64,000 nucleotides of DNA, from the IMG/VR virus record IMGVR_UViG_3300045988_149975; one strand, 5' to 3'. This document shows, one piece after another, positions 7,644-15,825 of the stretch. Each line of letters starts with the position of its first letter. The first letter of the stretch is position 1. The notes below the pieces were generated by a model. That model was given only the letters and a program-made list of their open reading frames with translations. It did no database searches and had not been told where the DNA came from. The DNA is from a virus. Position numbers and translations under genes: made by a program.

Positions 7644-8423
7644 TTACTTTTCTTTATTATTATTCCTTTTATACTCAAATGAAGTTTTAGCTACAAGACC
7701 GTACTTCTTTAAATACTTTTTTATACCATTATCTGATACACCATAAATCCTGCCCATTTCTCTCATACTTAAACCTTCATCAACAAGTTTTTTCAATTCT
7801 TCCCTTAAAATATTATCATCTTTTTTAAGAGTATTATTTTTTATAGTCTTATCTGCACTCCTCACAATACTTCTATTGAGAGAAGAACATTTAACGCTAC
7901 AAAAAATTTGTGTATGTTTCTTTGGAATAAATATTTTATGGCACATAGGACACTCAACACGTTTATCTTGTAATGATTGTAATACTTTTACGCCATCTCT
8001 TTTTGTACGCTCGGTATAAGTTACTTTATAACCTCTACCGCTAACTTTTCCCGATTTAACATTTCTTCCTCTATAATTTTCAGTTAACGAATGACAATTA
8101 GGACAAATTAAACGTAAATTACTTTCACTGTGGTTTAATGGGTTTCCATCTATATGGTCAATCTCCAATGGTACGTTTCCAGTGTAAGGATTAACCTCTC
8201 CCCAACCACATATAGAACACTTACCATCATTTAATTCAAATAGATACCTTCTAATATAACCTGAAACTTCTCCCCAATTTCCTTGACCACCATCAACTAA
8301 ACCTTGTTTCCATTTAGATATATAATCTAAATAACGTGACCTCATACTACACTTTTTACTACAATATATGTTACGATATTGTGTAATCTCTTTTCCGCAA
8401 ATTGGACATTTTCTTTTTTCCAT
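7644..8423 (-). CDS. HNH endonuclease with C-terminal helix-turn-helix-like region
   Basis: EIDHIDGNPLNHSESNLRLICPNCHSL. Zn-ribbon-like CPICGK...CSKKC at the N-terminus. C-terminal LSMREMGRIYGVSDNGIKKYLKKYG. Confidence 0.7.
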   Translation of the reverse strand: MEKRKCPICGKEITQYRNIYCSKKCSMRSRYLDYISKWKQGLVDGGQGNWGEVSGYIRRYLFELNDGKCSICGWGEVNPYTGNVPLEIDHIDGNPLNHSESNLRLICPNCHSLTENYRGRNVKSGKVSGRGYKVTYTERTKRDGVKVLQSLQDKRVECPMCHKIFIPKKHTQIFCSVKCSSLNRSIVRSADKTIKNNTLKKDDNILREELKKLVDEGLSMREMGRIYGVSDNGIKKYLKKYGLVAKTSFEYKRNNNKEK

Positions 8424-8530
8424 TCTAATTCCTCCTAATTAAAATTATATAGGGAAGCATAGAGAAGGAGGCTCTATGCTTAATTACTCTATCAAAGTTT
8501 GCAACCTTTAATAGAAACCTTTAAAATCTA

Positions 8531-8605
8531 TGGTCGTCCCAAAGGTACTCGAAACCTTGTTTTACAATTATAAGTTGTACGTTCTAACCACTGAACTATG
8601 GGACA
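8531..8605 (-). tRNA. tRNA-Ile(UAU) (AUA-reading) candidate
   Basis: Acceptor TGTCCCA/TGGGACG with U1.G72. D-arm GTTC-AGTGGTTA-GAAC. Anticodon stem TACAA/TTGTA with loop CTTATAA. T-arm AAGGT-TTCGAGT-ACCTT. ACCA 3' end. Confidence 0.55.
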
Positions 8606-8608
8606 ATA

Positions 8609-8693
8609 TGGTGCGCATGGAGGGACTCGAACCCTCACGGTTTTACCCAACGGATTTTAAGTCCGTTGTGTCTGCCAATTCCACCACAAGCGC
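8609..8693 (-). tRNA. tRNA-Leu(UAA), type II
   Basis: Acceptor GCGCTTG/CATGCGC with one mismatch. Anticodon stem ACGGA/TCCGT with loop CTTAAAA. Long variable arm. T-arm GAGGG-TTCGAGT-CCCTC. ACCA 3' end. Confidence 0.6.
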
Positions 8694-8697
8694 ATTA

Positions 8698-8777
8698 TGG
8701 AAGTCCTGCACGGTAACGCTCCGTGAATTTTTAACAGTTTTGCAGACTGTCCTCTTACTTCAAGAGTACACAGGACT
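8698..8777 (-). ncRNA. tRNA-like cloverleaf (Cys-GCA-like anticodon arm, non-canonical T-loop and D-arm) directly downstream of CDS 8779..9162
   Basis: AGTCCTG...CAGGACT 7-bp closing stem, T, CCA. Arms CTCTT(GAAGT)AAGAG, ACAGT(CTGCAAA)ACTGT and CACGG(AGCGTTA)CCGTG. Lacks the T-psi-C loop. Confidence 0.35.
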
Positions 8778-8778
8778 A

Positions 8779-9162
8779 TTAAAAGTTCTTCTCAAAATCT
8801 TCTATAACCGTTTCCGTCTGTTTAAGGCTTGCTTCAAGACTTTTCTTAATCATTTTAAAACGTTTAAGAATTGCATCTTTATATTTAGCATGGGCTTTTT
8901 CAAAAGCAACAAGTTTACCAACTTCTTCATCCCACTCATCACCATCTGCTAATCTTGCAACACCTTTATATGAATCACTTAAAAGTAACTTCTCAATCAC
9001 TCTATAATCGTCTGTATCTACTTTTAACAGATTAATTAAATCCATTGAAGTATTTTGAAGAATTGCTACTACAACCCCATCTTCTTCTTTAATAATAAAT
9101 TTTGGTTTCCTTTTTGCCATTTTTATTACCTCATTTCTTATTATGTGCTTATTATACCACAA
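8779..9162 (-). CDS. hypothetical protein
   Basis: 127-aa ORF with promoter 9151-9179 and RBS upstream. Confidence 0.45.
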   Translation of the reverse strand: MWYNKHIIRNEVIKMAKRKPKFIIKEEDGVVVAILQNTSMDLINLLKVDTDDYRVIEKLLLSDSYKGVARLADGDEWDEEVGKLVAFEKAHAKYKDAILKRFKMIKKSLEASLKQTETVIEDFEKNF

Positions 9163-9179
9163 TTTTTAGAGATTGTCAA
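9151..9179 (-). promoter_or_regulatory. sigma-A type promoter
   Basis: Minus strand TTGACAatctctaaaaattgTGGTATAAT. Confidence 0.55.
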
Positions 9180-9187
9180 CTATTTTT

Positions 9188-10018
9188 TTAATCTGTGCTT
9201 CCAATTCCACCAGTTCTTTGCTGTGTAACAATATCTCCTAAAGTGTTATATTTAAGAAAAATGCCTTGTGCCACTCTTGTACCCTTTGTTACCACAACTT
9301 CCTTGTCAGAGAAATTAAAAAGTGGAAGCCAAATTTCACCTTTATAATCTGCATCAATAACTGCAATATTGTTAGCAAGCATTAAACCCATCTTGCATAA
9401 ACTACTTCTTGGTGCAATAAATAATACATCAGAAGAATACATTGTTACACCAATACCTGTATGCGCCCATTCCACAGTATGCGGTTTAATAATTGTATCT
9501 CTTGCTACCTCAAAATCATAACCTGCGGAAAGTTCTGTTTTTCTTTCAGGTAGATGTAATTCTCCATAACCGTCAAAAGTAAAGAAACCTCGTTCCATAA
9601 ATTCTCCTATCCTCAACACATATACAGTAACTTTTCTCTTACCAAATTCAAAGGCGGTAAATTTATCAGGAACATATATATCAATTCTATTCCCCTTTAC
9701 AGCACCGCCAGTATCTTTTGCTTCGTAAAACCCATCAAATTTTCCTGCACCCTCAACATAAACAAGGGAATGTAAAGGAATAATATCAGGGTCTACTGCA
9801 ATAAATCCTTCTCTTACAAATTCTCCACTTGCTGTAATCCCAAAATTGGGGTCACTATAATCCCTACCACACTCATCAGGTGCTGCTGTATAAGCAGTAG
9901 CTACACACTCATATACAGGAGTGTAAATTACTTGTGCTGCTTCACAGCTATGCGCCGTAACGAGAATGGCAAACGCTACAAATATAAGTATCACCATCTT
10001 TTTCAAGAGGTTTACCAC
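9188..10018 (-). CDS. secreted 3D-domain protein fused to a C-terminal dUTPase
   Basis: Signal peptide MVILIFVAFAILVTAHS, with the probable start near 9997. 3D domain: TAYTAAPDECG...ITASG...AVDPDIIPL...GFYEAKDTGGAVKGNRIDIYV. dUTPase motifs AGYDF, PRSSL, VIDADYKGE and RTGGIGSTD. Confidence 0.65.
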   Translation of the reverse strand: MVNLLKKMVILIFVAFAILVTAHSCEAAQVIYTPVYECVATAYTAAPDECGRDYSDPNFGITASGEFVREGFIAVDPDIIPLHSLVYVEGAGKFDGFYEAKDTGGAVKGNRIDIYVPDKFTAFEFGKRKVTVYVLRIGEFMERGFFTFDGYGELHLPERKTELSAGYDFEVARDTIIKPHTVEWAHTGIGVTMYSSDVLFIAPRSSLCKMGLMLANNIAVIDADYKGEIWLPLFNFSDKEVVVTKGTRVAQGIFLKYNTLGDIVTQQRTGGIGSTD

Positions 10019-10274
10019 AGCAATACCACTGCTCCGCTTTTATGTAAGGCGTTTGCTTTCCGTAAGATTTACCATCATCTCCTAAAAAGTATTCTTCAGC
10101 CTGGTATAAATCTTCTTTAGGGATTTCAATATTTAAAAATTTTGCAAGAGAATCATCAATTTGTTTCAGCATAAGTTGCACTGCTTTAATTTTTTCCCTT
10201 ATCAGGATTGCTTCTTCTTTTTCCATTGTCATCCTCCTTGACTTTATAATAGCACAAAACAAGAAGAATGTCAA
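9948..10274 (-). CDS. hypothetical protein with C-terminal Zn-ribbon-like motif
   Basis: CCGKP...CSVCHSRYG. The 3' end overlaps the long ORF-track start of the next gene, which supports the later start for that gene. Confidence 0.35.
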   Translation of the reverse strand: MTFFLFCAIIKSRRMTMEKEEAILIREKIKAVQLMLKQIDDSLAKFLNIEIPKEDLYQAEEYFLGDDGKSYGKQTPYIKAEQWYCCGKPLEKDGDTYICSVCHSRYGA

Positions 10275-10276
10275 TA

Positions 10277-10630
10277 TTAATTTTCGTATTTTTTAAAACA
10301 CGAAGGAGTTAAATCTTCCTGCCGTCTTTGACATAATTCAATTTTTTTATCAAGATACATTGCCATTGCAAAGCACTGCATCATTTTTGTCAAATGCTCA
10401 TTAAATTTTTCGGGTTCATAATCTTTATCCTCTGTATCAAAGCATTTTTTGCTATACACATCTACAAGTCCTAAAGATTCGACTTTGCAATGTTCTAACG
10501 CACTTCTGATTACAAGTACATCAGAAATGTTTGATTTTGCAATCAATTCAAAAAAGTCATAAAGTTCTAAATCCGCAAGTTCTGCGTCTGTAAATTGTTT
10601 TTTATCCGTTACCATTATTACACCTCTCAA
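10277..10630 (-). CDS. hypothetical protein
   Basis: 117-aa ORF, first gene downstream of the divergent promoter hub. Confidence 0.4.
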   Translation of the reverse strand: MRGVIMVTDKKQFTDAELADLELYDFFELIAKSNISDVLVIRSALEHCKVESLGLVDVYSKKCFDTEDKDYEPEKFNEHLTKMMQCFAMAMYLDKKIELCQRRQEDLTPSCFKKYEN

Positions 10631-10644
10631 ATCATCGTATCACT

Positions 10645-10673
10645 ATTATACCACAAAAATCATTTTTTGTCAA
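10645..10673 (-). promoter_or_regulatory. sigma-A type promoter, minus arm of the divergent pair
   Basis: Minus strand TTGACAaaaaatgatttttgTGGTATAAT. Confidence 0.55.
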
Positions 10674-10730
10674 CAATTTTTGGAAAAATTTTTACTTTAG
10701 TAATTTAAAGTATTATGAATTTTAAAAATC

Positions 10731-10916
10731 CCTAAAGAAAAGAAAAAGAAAAGAACCAAAAGAAAAAGAAAAGAATATATATATATATATAATTATTATT
10801 ATAAATATTTTTATTTTTATTTTAGTTATAATATATATATATATATCTGACTATTAAAATTACGTTAGTAATTTTAATTTTCTTTTCTTTTTGGTTACTT
10901 TTTCTTTTCTTTATAA
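10731..10916. repeat. long inverted repeat of polypurine (GAAAA)n tracts flanking two (TA)7-8 runs, between divergent promoters
   Basis: Left arm AAAGAAAAGAAAAAGAAAAGAACCAAAAGAAAAAGAAAAGAA at 10735-10776. Right arm TTTTCTTTTCTTTTTGGTTACTTTTTCTTTTCTTT at 10879-10913. Centre ATATATATATATATAATTATTATTATAAATATTTTTATTTTTATTTTAGTTATAATATATATATATATAT. Confidence 0.7.
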
Positions 10917-10926
10917 AAAATTTTTG

Positions 10927-10955
10927 TTGACAAAATATGAAACTTGTGGTATAAT
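10927..10955 (+). promoter_or_regulatory. sigma-A type promoter, plus arm, driving the 10984-14904 module
   Basis: TTGACAaaatatgaaacttgTGGTATAAT. The downstream RBS GAGAGG precedes ATG 10984. Confidence 0.6.
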
Positions 10956-10983
10956 AAAGCCATACAGAAAGAGAGGTTTAGAT

Positions 10984-11187
10984 ATGTACAATTTTAATTA
11001 CACTGTTACCATTGAAATAAAGGGCTCTACAACATTTGATGTAGAGCAAGATTTTGCAGATCGTGTTAAAGAAAAAGACCCTAAAACTATTGAAACAATG
11101 AATAAATTAATTAAAAAGCGTATCGAAGAACAATTTGCAGATAATGTTGCAGAAGTTAAGGGGATAGAAATATTATGCAAGGATTAA
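10984..11187 (+). CDS. hypothetical small early protein
   Basis: ORF-track frame; probable start MYNFNY after the RBS. Confidence 0.45.
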   Translation: MYNFNYTVTIEIKGSTTFDVEQDFADRVKEKDPKTIETMNKLIKKRIEEQFADNVAEVKGIEILCKD

Positions 11188-11435
11188 CAAGAGATATTGA
11201 AATTTATAATGTTGATATTCGTAGAGTTCCAGTGATAGAAACTTTTTTAGAAGATAAACCTGTTTATTATAAAGCAAACACACCAATGCTTATAAAAGTT
11301 GGTAAAAACATAGAATATCTTAATGTTGGTGATTATATAGTTTGGGATAAAAACGGAAATTATAAAGTTTATTCAAAAAATGAATGGAATAAATTTTATG
11401 GCGCAAAATTAAAGGAGGCTGCAAAGAAATTATGA
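11175..11435 (+). CDS. hypothetical small protein
   Basis: Translationally coupled ORF. Confidence 0.4.
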   Translation: MQGLTRDIEIYNVDIRRVPVIETFLEDKPVYYKANTPMLIKVGKNIEYLNVGDYIVWDKNGNYKVYSKNEWNKFYGAKLKEAAKKL

Positions 11436-11692
11436 GATATTCCTGGAATAGAAAACGTAAACAATGGGGAAATGCTTATTGGTGCTATCCTTACAGTATT
11501 AAAATTCAAGCCCCTTTAATATTTGCCATTGTAAAACATATAGAGGGTACAACTATTGATGAATTTGATGATGGCACAATCGTTAGAATTATTAGACCCG
11601 AAAATGAGAATTTTTATAAGGATTTCTATACTATAAGAATTAGCGATGGTTTAAAACAGTATGTCTTAAAAAAGGATTTATTACCATGTTAA
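11432..11692 (+). CDS. hypothetical small protein
   Basis: Coupled ORF with ATGA overlap. Confidence 0.4.
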   Translation: MRYSWNRKRKQWGNAYWCYPYSIKIQAPLIFAIVKHIEGTTIDEFDDGTIVRIIRPENENFYKDFYTIRISDGLKQYVLKKDLLPC

Positions 11693-11952
11693 AACAAAAA
11701 CTCATTAAATCTTTTACAGAAGAAACGGGAATTAAAGTTTTAGACCCCTTTTATATAAAAGGCTATGAAACACCTTACAGAATTACAAAATCGGGAAATA
11801 TAGAACGCTTTATTAAATCTGTATGGACAGATAGTTCTTATGCAGTAATTGATTTAGTTGCATTTGTTGATAATGATATGATTAGCAAATGCACTGAAAA
11901 TCTTATAGAATATAAGCCATCAGAAATTACAAAACGGAGGAAAAAGAAATGA
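11686..11952 (+). CDS. hypothetical small protein
   Basis: Coupled ORF. Confidence 0.4.
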   Translation: MLKQKLIKSFTEETGIKVLDPFYIKGYETPYRITKSGNIERFIKSVWTDSSYAVIDLVAFVDNDMISKCTENLIEYKPSEITKRRKKK

Positions 11953-12082
11953 CATTGGATGCTGCTATTGAATATTGGACTAAAAAAGCTAAAGAAAATG
12001 AACAAAAATATGGTCAACTTGTAATGTGGTTGGAAGAATTAAAAGTTTTTCGTGAAGAGGATAAATTAAAAAAGGTGAAAAA

Positions 12083-12505
12083 ATGAAATATGAAGAACTC
12101 AATGAATACATTTTATACGGTATAATGTATAAAGGAAAATGGATTGCATATAGTTTAGATGATAATTTTATTTATATAAAGTTTGATAGTTTTATGGTAA
12201 AAATCCCTCATGATAAATTTTTTATAGATAAGAGATATTTACATCAGACAACTGGTTTAATACCGCTTTTTAAAAAAGAATATACAGAAAAATTAAAAAT
12301 TGGATGGGAACTTGAATATGATAGTAGTATTGGTTATCTAACAAAACTATCTAATGGTAGCCTTCTTTCTGCTACAATATTTAATTTTTTTGAGGATTAC
12401 ACAGGAGAGTTAAAATGCTATAAAGCGGATATTGGAAAAGTGGCAATCTATATAGATAATGAATTAATGGGTTTCATAGATACAGTGGGGGTTAAAAATG
12501 ATTAA
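12083..12505 (+). CDS. hypothetical protein
   Basis: 140-aa ORF with GGTG RBS. Confidence 0.4.
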   Translation: MKYEELNEYILYGIMYKGKWIAYSLDDNFIYIKFDSFMVKIPHDKFFIDKRYLHQTTGLIPLFKKEYTEKLKIGWELEYDSSIGYLTKLSNGSLLSATIFNFFEDYTGELKCYKADIGKVAIYIDNELMGFIDTVGVKND

Positions 12506-12950
12506 TTATACTAAAATTCAAAACAATTTTATTAAAGAATTAAATAAAGGCGTTAAGTTTTATTATCTTGAGGTTGGTTTTAACATTTATGCAAGTATTG
12601 ATTCTAAAATAATTTATTCTTTTCCTAAAGAAAAATTCTTTTTAGATTATGAGCGTTTTGGAATTAAGGAAGAAAATATTTTAAAAATTCTTACCTATGA
12701 TTATACTATACCTATTATAGATAGTAAAGAAGAAACAGATTTAAAAGAACTTACAGGACGATTATTTTTAACACCTGATAATAAAAAGATTTATTTGAAT
12801 CCTGAAAACATTAAAACTTTAGGAAAAGATTATGAATTATTTTGGGCATTAGGAACTCCGATTATAGTTGCGAAAAAAGATAATGTAATTTTATCTTTGT
12901 TTTCAATGATAAGAGTAGAAGATAGTGTAACAAGCACAAATTTTAGATAA
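12498..12950 (+). CDS. hypothetical protein
   Basis: 150-aa ORF. Confidence 0.4.
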   Translation: MINYTKIQNNFIKELNKGVKFYYLEVGFNIYASIDSKIIYSFPKEKFFLDYERFGIKEENILKILTYDYTIPIIDSKEETDLKELTGRLFLTPDNKKIYLNPENIKTLGKDYELFWALGTPIIVAKKDNVILSLFSMIRVEDSVTSTNFR

Positions 12951-12961
12951 GAGCGTTGTAA

Positions 12962-13267
12962 TTGATGGAGGTATATAAATATATGGATTTATTAGAAGAG
13001 GCTCTCTATAATGGTTTAGAGGAACATGAATGGGTAGATTTACTTGATTACTATGATTGGGATGAATTTGTAGATGAAATTTATGGTGACTTGCATAGAT
13101 GGGATATTGATGTAGTAAGTATTCGCCGTAAAGGAGATAAATATTATGCAATTTACTGGTCAAAAGGTTTAACGGAAAATCAAGAAAATGATTTTAGTTG
13201 TGCATATATTGAAGAAGTAACTCCTGTTAAAAGAACAGTAGAGGTAACGGAGTGGATGGAATGTTAA
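12962..13267 (+). CDS. hypothetical acidic protein
   Basis: 101-aa ORF rich in D/E/W/Y. Confidence 0.4.
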   Translation: MMEVYKYMDLLEEALYNGLEEHEWVDLLDYYDWDEFVDEIYGDLHRWDIDVVSIRRKGDKYYAIYWSKGLTENQENDFSCAYIEEVTPVKRTVEVTEWMEC

Positions 13268-13704
13268 GTAAAGAAAAGAAAGAAAAAGCCTTTAAAAAGT
13301 TAGAGAATTTTACAGGTGATGAACTTGAACTTTTAAGTAAGATGTACAATAAAGACTATGATATGTACCAATACTTCACTGTTATTTTTAAAATGCTACA
13401 TAAAAATGGCAATCATCTTGAGGATGAACATATTAAAGTTTTAAATGAGTATGTAGATAACTTTGGTAAAGTCTTTAATGATATATACTTACTGCCCGAT
13501 GAAACCTATTCTGACGAGGAATTAAAACGTATTGTACAAGCCTTTACCACAGGCTTTAAACCCTATATTTTGACAATCTCCCATATTGTGTACTGTCATA
13601 AATATGGGGATATATCATTTAAAGAGTTTGAGGATTCCTATGATATGACACTTGAACAGCTTGAAGATTATGTTATGCTAATTAAATTGGATGATGAATT
13701 ATGA
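13252..13704 (+). CDS. hypothetical protein
   Basis: 150-aa ORF. Confidence 0.4.
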   Translation: MDGMLSKEKKEKAFKKLENFTGDELELLSKMYNKDYDMYQYFTVIFKMLHKNGNHLEDEHIKVLNEYVDNFGKVFNDIYLLPDETYSDEELKRIVQAFTTGFKPYILTISHIVYCHKYGDISFKEFEDSYDMTLEQLEDYVMLIKLDDEL

Positions 13705-13951
13705 TTGATTTAATACGTTTTGGTATTCTGCAATCTTTAGATTATTGGACTGCAAAACACCTCTATAAATTATATTTAAAAAATAAAAAGGTAGAAGATG
13801 AATATGCAAATTGGGAACGGACGTTTAATTTCAAAGAATACTTTAAGGTATTGCAAAGAGTGTAATCACTTTAAAAATAATTACTGTTTTTTAAAATGTA
13901 AGAATGTGGGCGCAGATTGGTTATTTTGTAATAGATTTAAGGAGATAAAGA

Positions 13952-14239
13952 ATGAGTAATATCTTAATGACAGAATGTGAAAAATGTAAACGGAGAATTG
14001 TATTTCAAACTGATGATAAACTTAAATACTGTCCATACTGTGGTGAAGAAATCGAGGCTTATCGTAAGACTATGTTAAAAAATGGGGCAGAAAGATATAT
14101 TGATGAGATGAAGATAGCATTAGCTACAAAGGAATTAGAAAAAGAACTTATCATAGTACCTGAAGAAATTAGTGATTATGAGGATGGCTATATTAGAGGT
14201 ATTCAGTATGCACTTGAGGTATTGAGGGAAGAATTATGA
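13952..14239 (+). CDS. hypothetical Zn-ribbon protein
   Basis: CEKCKRR...CPYCGEE. Confidence 0.4.
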   Translation: MSNILMTECEKCKRRIVFQTDDKLKYCPYCGEEIEAYRKTMLKNGAERYIDEMKIALATKELEKELIIVPEEISDYEDGYIRGIQYALEVLREEL

Positions 14240-14339
14240 TTACATATATTATGATGGGACTTTCAATAGCGTGGGCAGTATTAATGTATGTTTCTGATAA
14301 TACTAATACAGTAATACGCAGCGCAGCATTGATGTTACT

Positions 14340-14534
14340 TTGTTGGTTTACAGCAGGTATTATGGCACTGGCGGAGGTATTATGATAATTTCAATTATTC
14401 TTACACTAATATGGTTTGTTCTTATGATGATAGAGGATAATAATTTAAACAGAAAAATAGAATATTTGGCACTTATGGTAACAAGTGCAATAAGTGTATG
14501 GGGTAATTATATATTAAATGCTTTAGAAAAATAG
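14340..14534 (+). CDS. small membrane protein
   Basis: Hydrophobic 64-aa ORF; an additional 50-aa hydrophobic ORF lies just upstream at about 14232-14390. Confidence 0.3.
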   Translation: MLVYSRYYGTGGGIMIISIILTLIWFVLMMIEDNNLNRKIEYLALMVTSAISVWGNYILNALEK

Positions 14535-14543
14535 GAGGTTATA

Positions 14544-14726
14544 ATGTTAGAGGTAACTTATAAAGATGGTAGAATAATTACAGTTGATGATTATGATTAT
14601 GTAGAATTGGAAGATGGTATGCTTATATTCTATAAAAATGAATATATAGTAATGGTAATTAACCTTGACTGCATAGAAACAGTAGTAGATATTGGTGATG
14701 AAAATGGGGAGGAAGAAAATGCTTAA
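14544..14726 (+). CDS. hypothetical protein, tandem paralogue A
   Basis: YKDGRIITVDDYDYVELEDGMLIFYKNEY parallels the next ORF. Confidence 0.4.
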   Translation: MLEVTYKDGRIITVDDYDYVELEDGMLIFYKNEYIVMVINLDCIETVVDIGDENGEEENA

Positions 14727-14904
14727 CATACATTATAAAAATGGCTTAACAGATACTATTACAAGAAATGAATATGATGATTATACTTATGACGGCAAAG
14801 TAATTATGATTTTTAAAAGGGGCAATATGATTGCCTTAATAAATGTAGATAGTATTAGTGGTATATATCTTAAAAGTGATATTGAAGGTAAGACTACCAA
14901 TTAA
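14692..14904 (+). CDS. hypothetical protein, tandem paralogue B
   Basis: YKNGLTDTITRNEYDDYTYDGKVIMIFKRGN. Confidence 0.4.
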   Translation: MVMKMGRKKMLNIHYKNGLTDTITRNEYDDYTYDGKVIMIFKRGNMIALINVDSISGIYLKSDIEGKTTN

Positions 14905-14920
14905 GGTAGTCTTTTTTATT
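14887..14920 (+). terminator. rho-independent terminator of the plus-strand module
   Basis: AAGACTACC-aattaa-GGTAGTCTT followed by TTTTTATT. Confidence 0.65.
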
Positions 14921-15149
14921 ACCAATTTTTAGTGGCGAATTTTTATCACGAAAAATTTTTACCGATTTTTGACATTGGCTTATTTTGTGGCACTTTATCT
15001 AATTAAAGTTTTGTTACCACTTTTAGAGAGAAAAAATTTTTTCAAAAAATATGAAGTCAGACTCCAACCTATTTATACGAACGCACGTTTGAAGGTACTT
15101 GTATAGTTAGACCAGGCTAACTCTATTACATAGTTAGCTTATGCTAACA

Positions 15150-15185
15150 GAAGATAAAAGTAAAGGCAGGCTTATTCAGCCTGCC
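15150..15185 (-). terminator. rho-independent terminator of the minus block (convergent with the previous terminator)
   Basis: Minus RNA GGCAGGCU-GAAUA-AGCCUGCC followed by UUUACUUUUAUCUU. Confidence 0.6.
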
Positions 15186-15188
15186 CCT

Positions 15189-15404
15189 TTACTTAACTAA
15201 AGGAAACTTCTCACCGCATATACTAATAGAGAATAACTCTTTTTTAACATCCTCCATTAGATATAATGCAATATCTTTTATACATTTATTACTATTTGCA
15301 ATAAATACAAGATGATACTGTTTATTAATAATTTTATAAACGCCGCTGTATATTACATAAAAGTTTTTTCCTGCGTACATCTCTCTAATAGGAAGCGTTC
15401 TCAA
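15189..15404 (-). CDS. hypothetical protein
   Basis: 71-aa ORF. Confidence 0.35.
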   Translation of the reverse strand: MRTLPIREMYAGKNFYVIYSGVYKIINKQYHLVFIANSNKCIKDIALYLMEDVKKELFSISICGEKFPLVK

Positions 15405-15410
15405 TAGTAG

Positions 15411-15812
15411 TCATCTCCTATGCTTAATTATTTTATCAGCTAACACTTCGCCGCGTTTTAACACATTTACCTTTTTAGTATAGGCTCCTATTAAGCCATT
15501 TATCTTTCTTGCTGTGGTTTTATCAACCGCTGTTTCTATTGGTTGAGAATAGTTATCTATTCGGGCATCATATTCAAATTTAGTTACTACTACATCAAGG
15601 TCAATATCATCTAAACTATAAATCTTATTAGGAATAGTTACTGATACAGTGTAAAAGCCCTGCGCCGCTTTAAAGGTATCAATTATATTTTTATAATAGT
15701 AAACAGTGTTATATAATGATACCCTGTTATTTACAGCTATTACTTCTCCGCCGTTCTCTTTTAACTGATAAAGGTTATTTATTTTTTGATATTGATAAAA
15801 AGTATATTTCAT
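15411..15812 (-). CDS. hypothetical protein
   Basis: 133-aa ORF. Confidence 0.4.
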   Translation of the reverse strand: MKYTFYQYQKINNLYQLKENGGEVIAVNNRVSLYNTVYYYKNIIDTFKAAQGFYTVSVTIPNKIYSLDDIDLDVVVTKFEYDARIDNYSQPIETAVDKTTARKINGLIGAYTKKVNVLKRGEVLADKIIKHRR

Positions 15813-15825
15813 AATAAAGCCCCCT

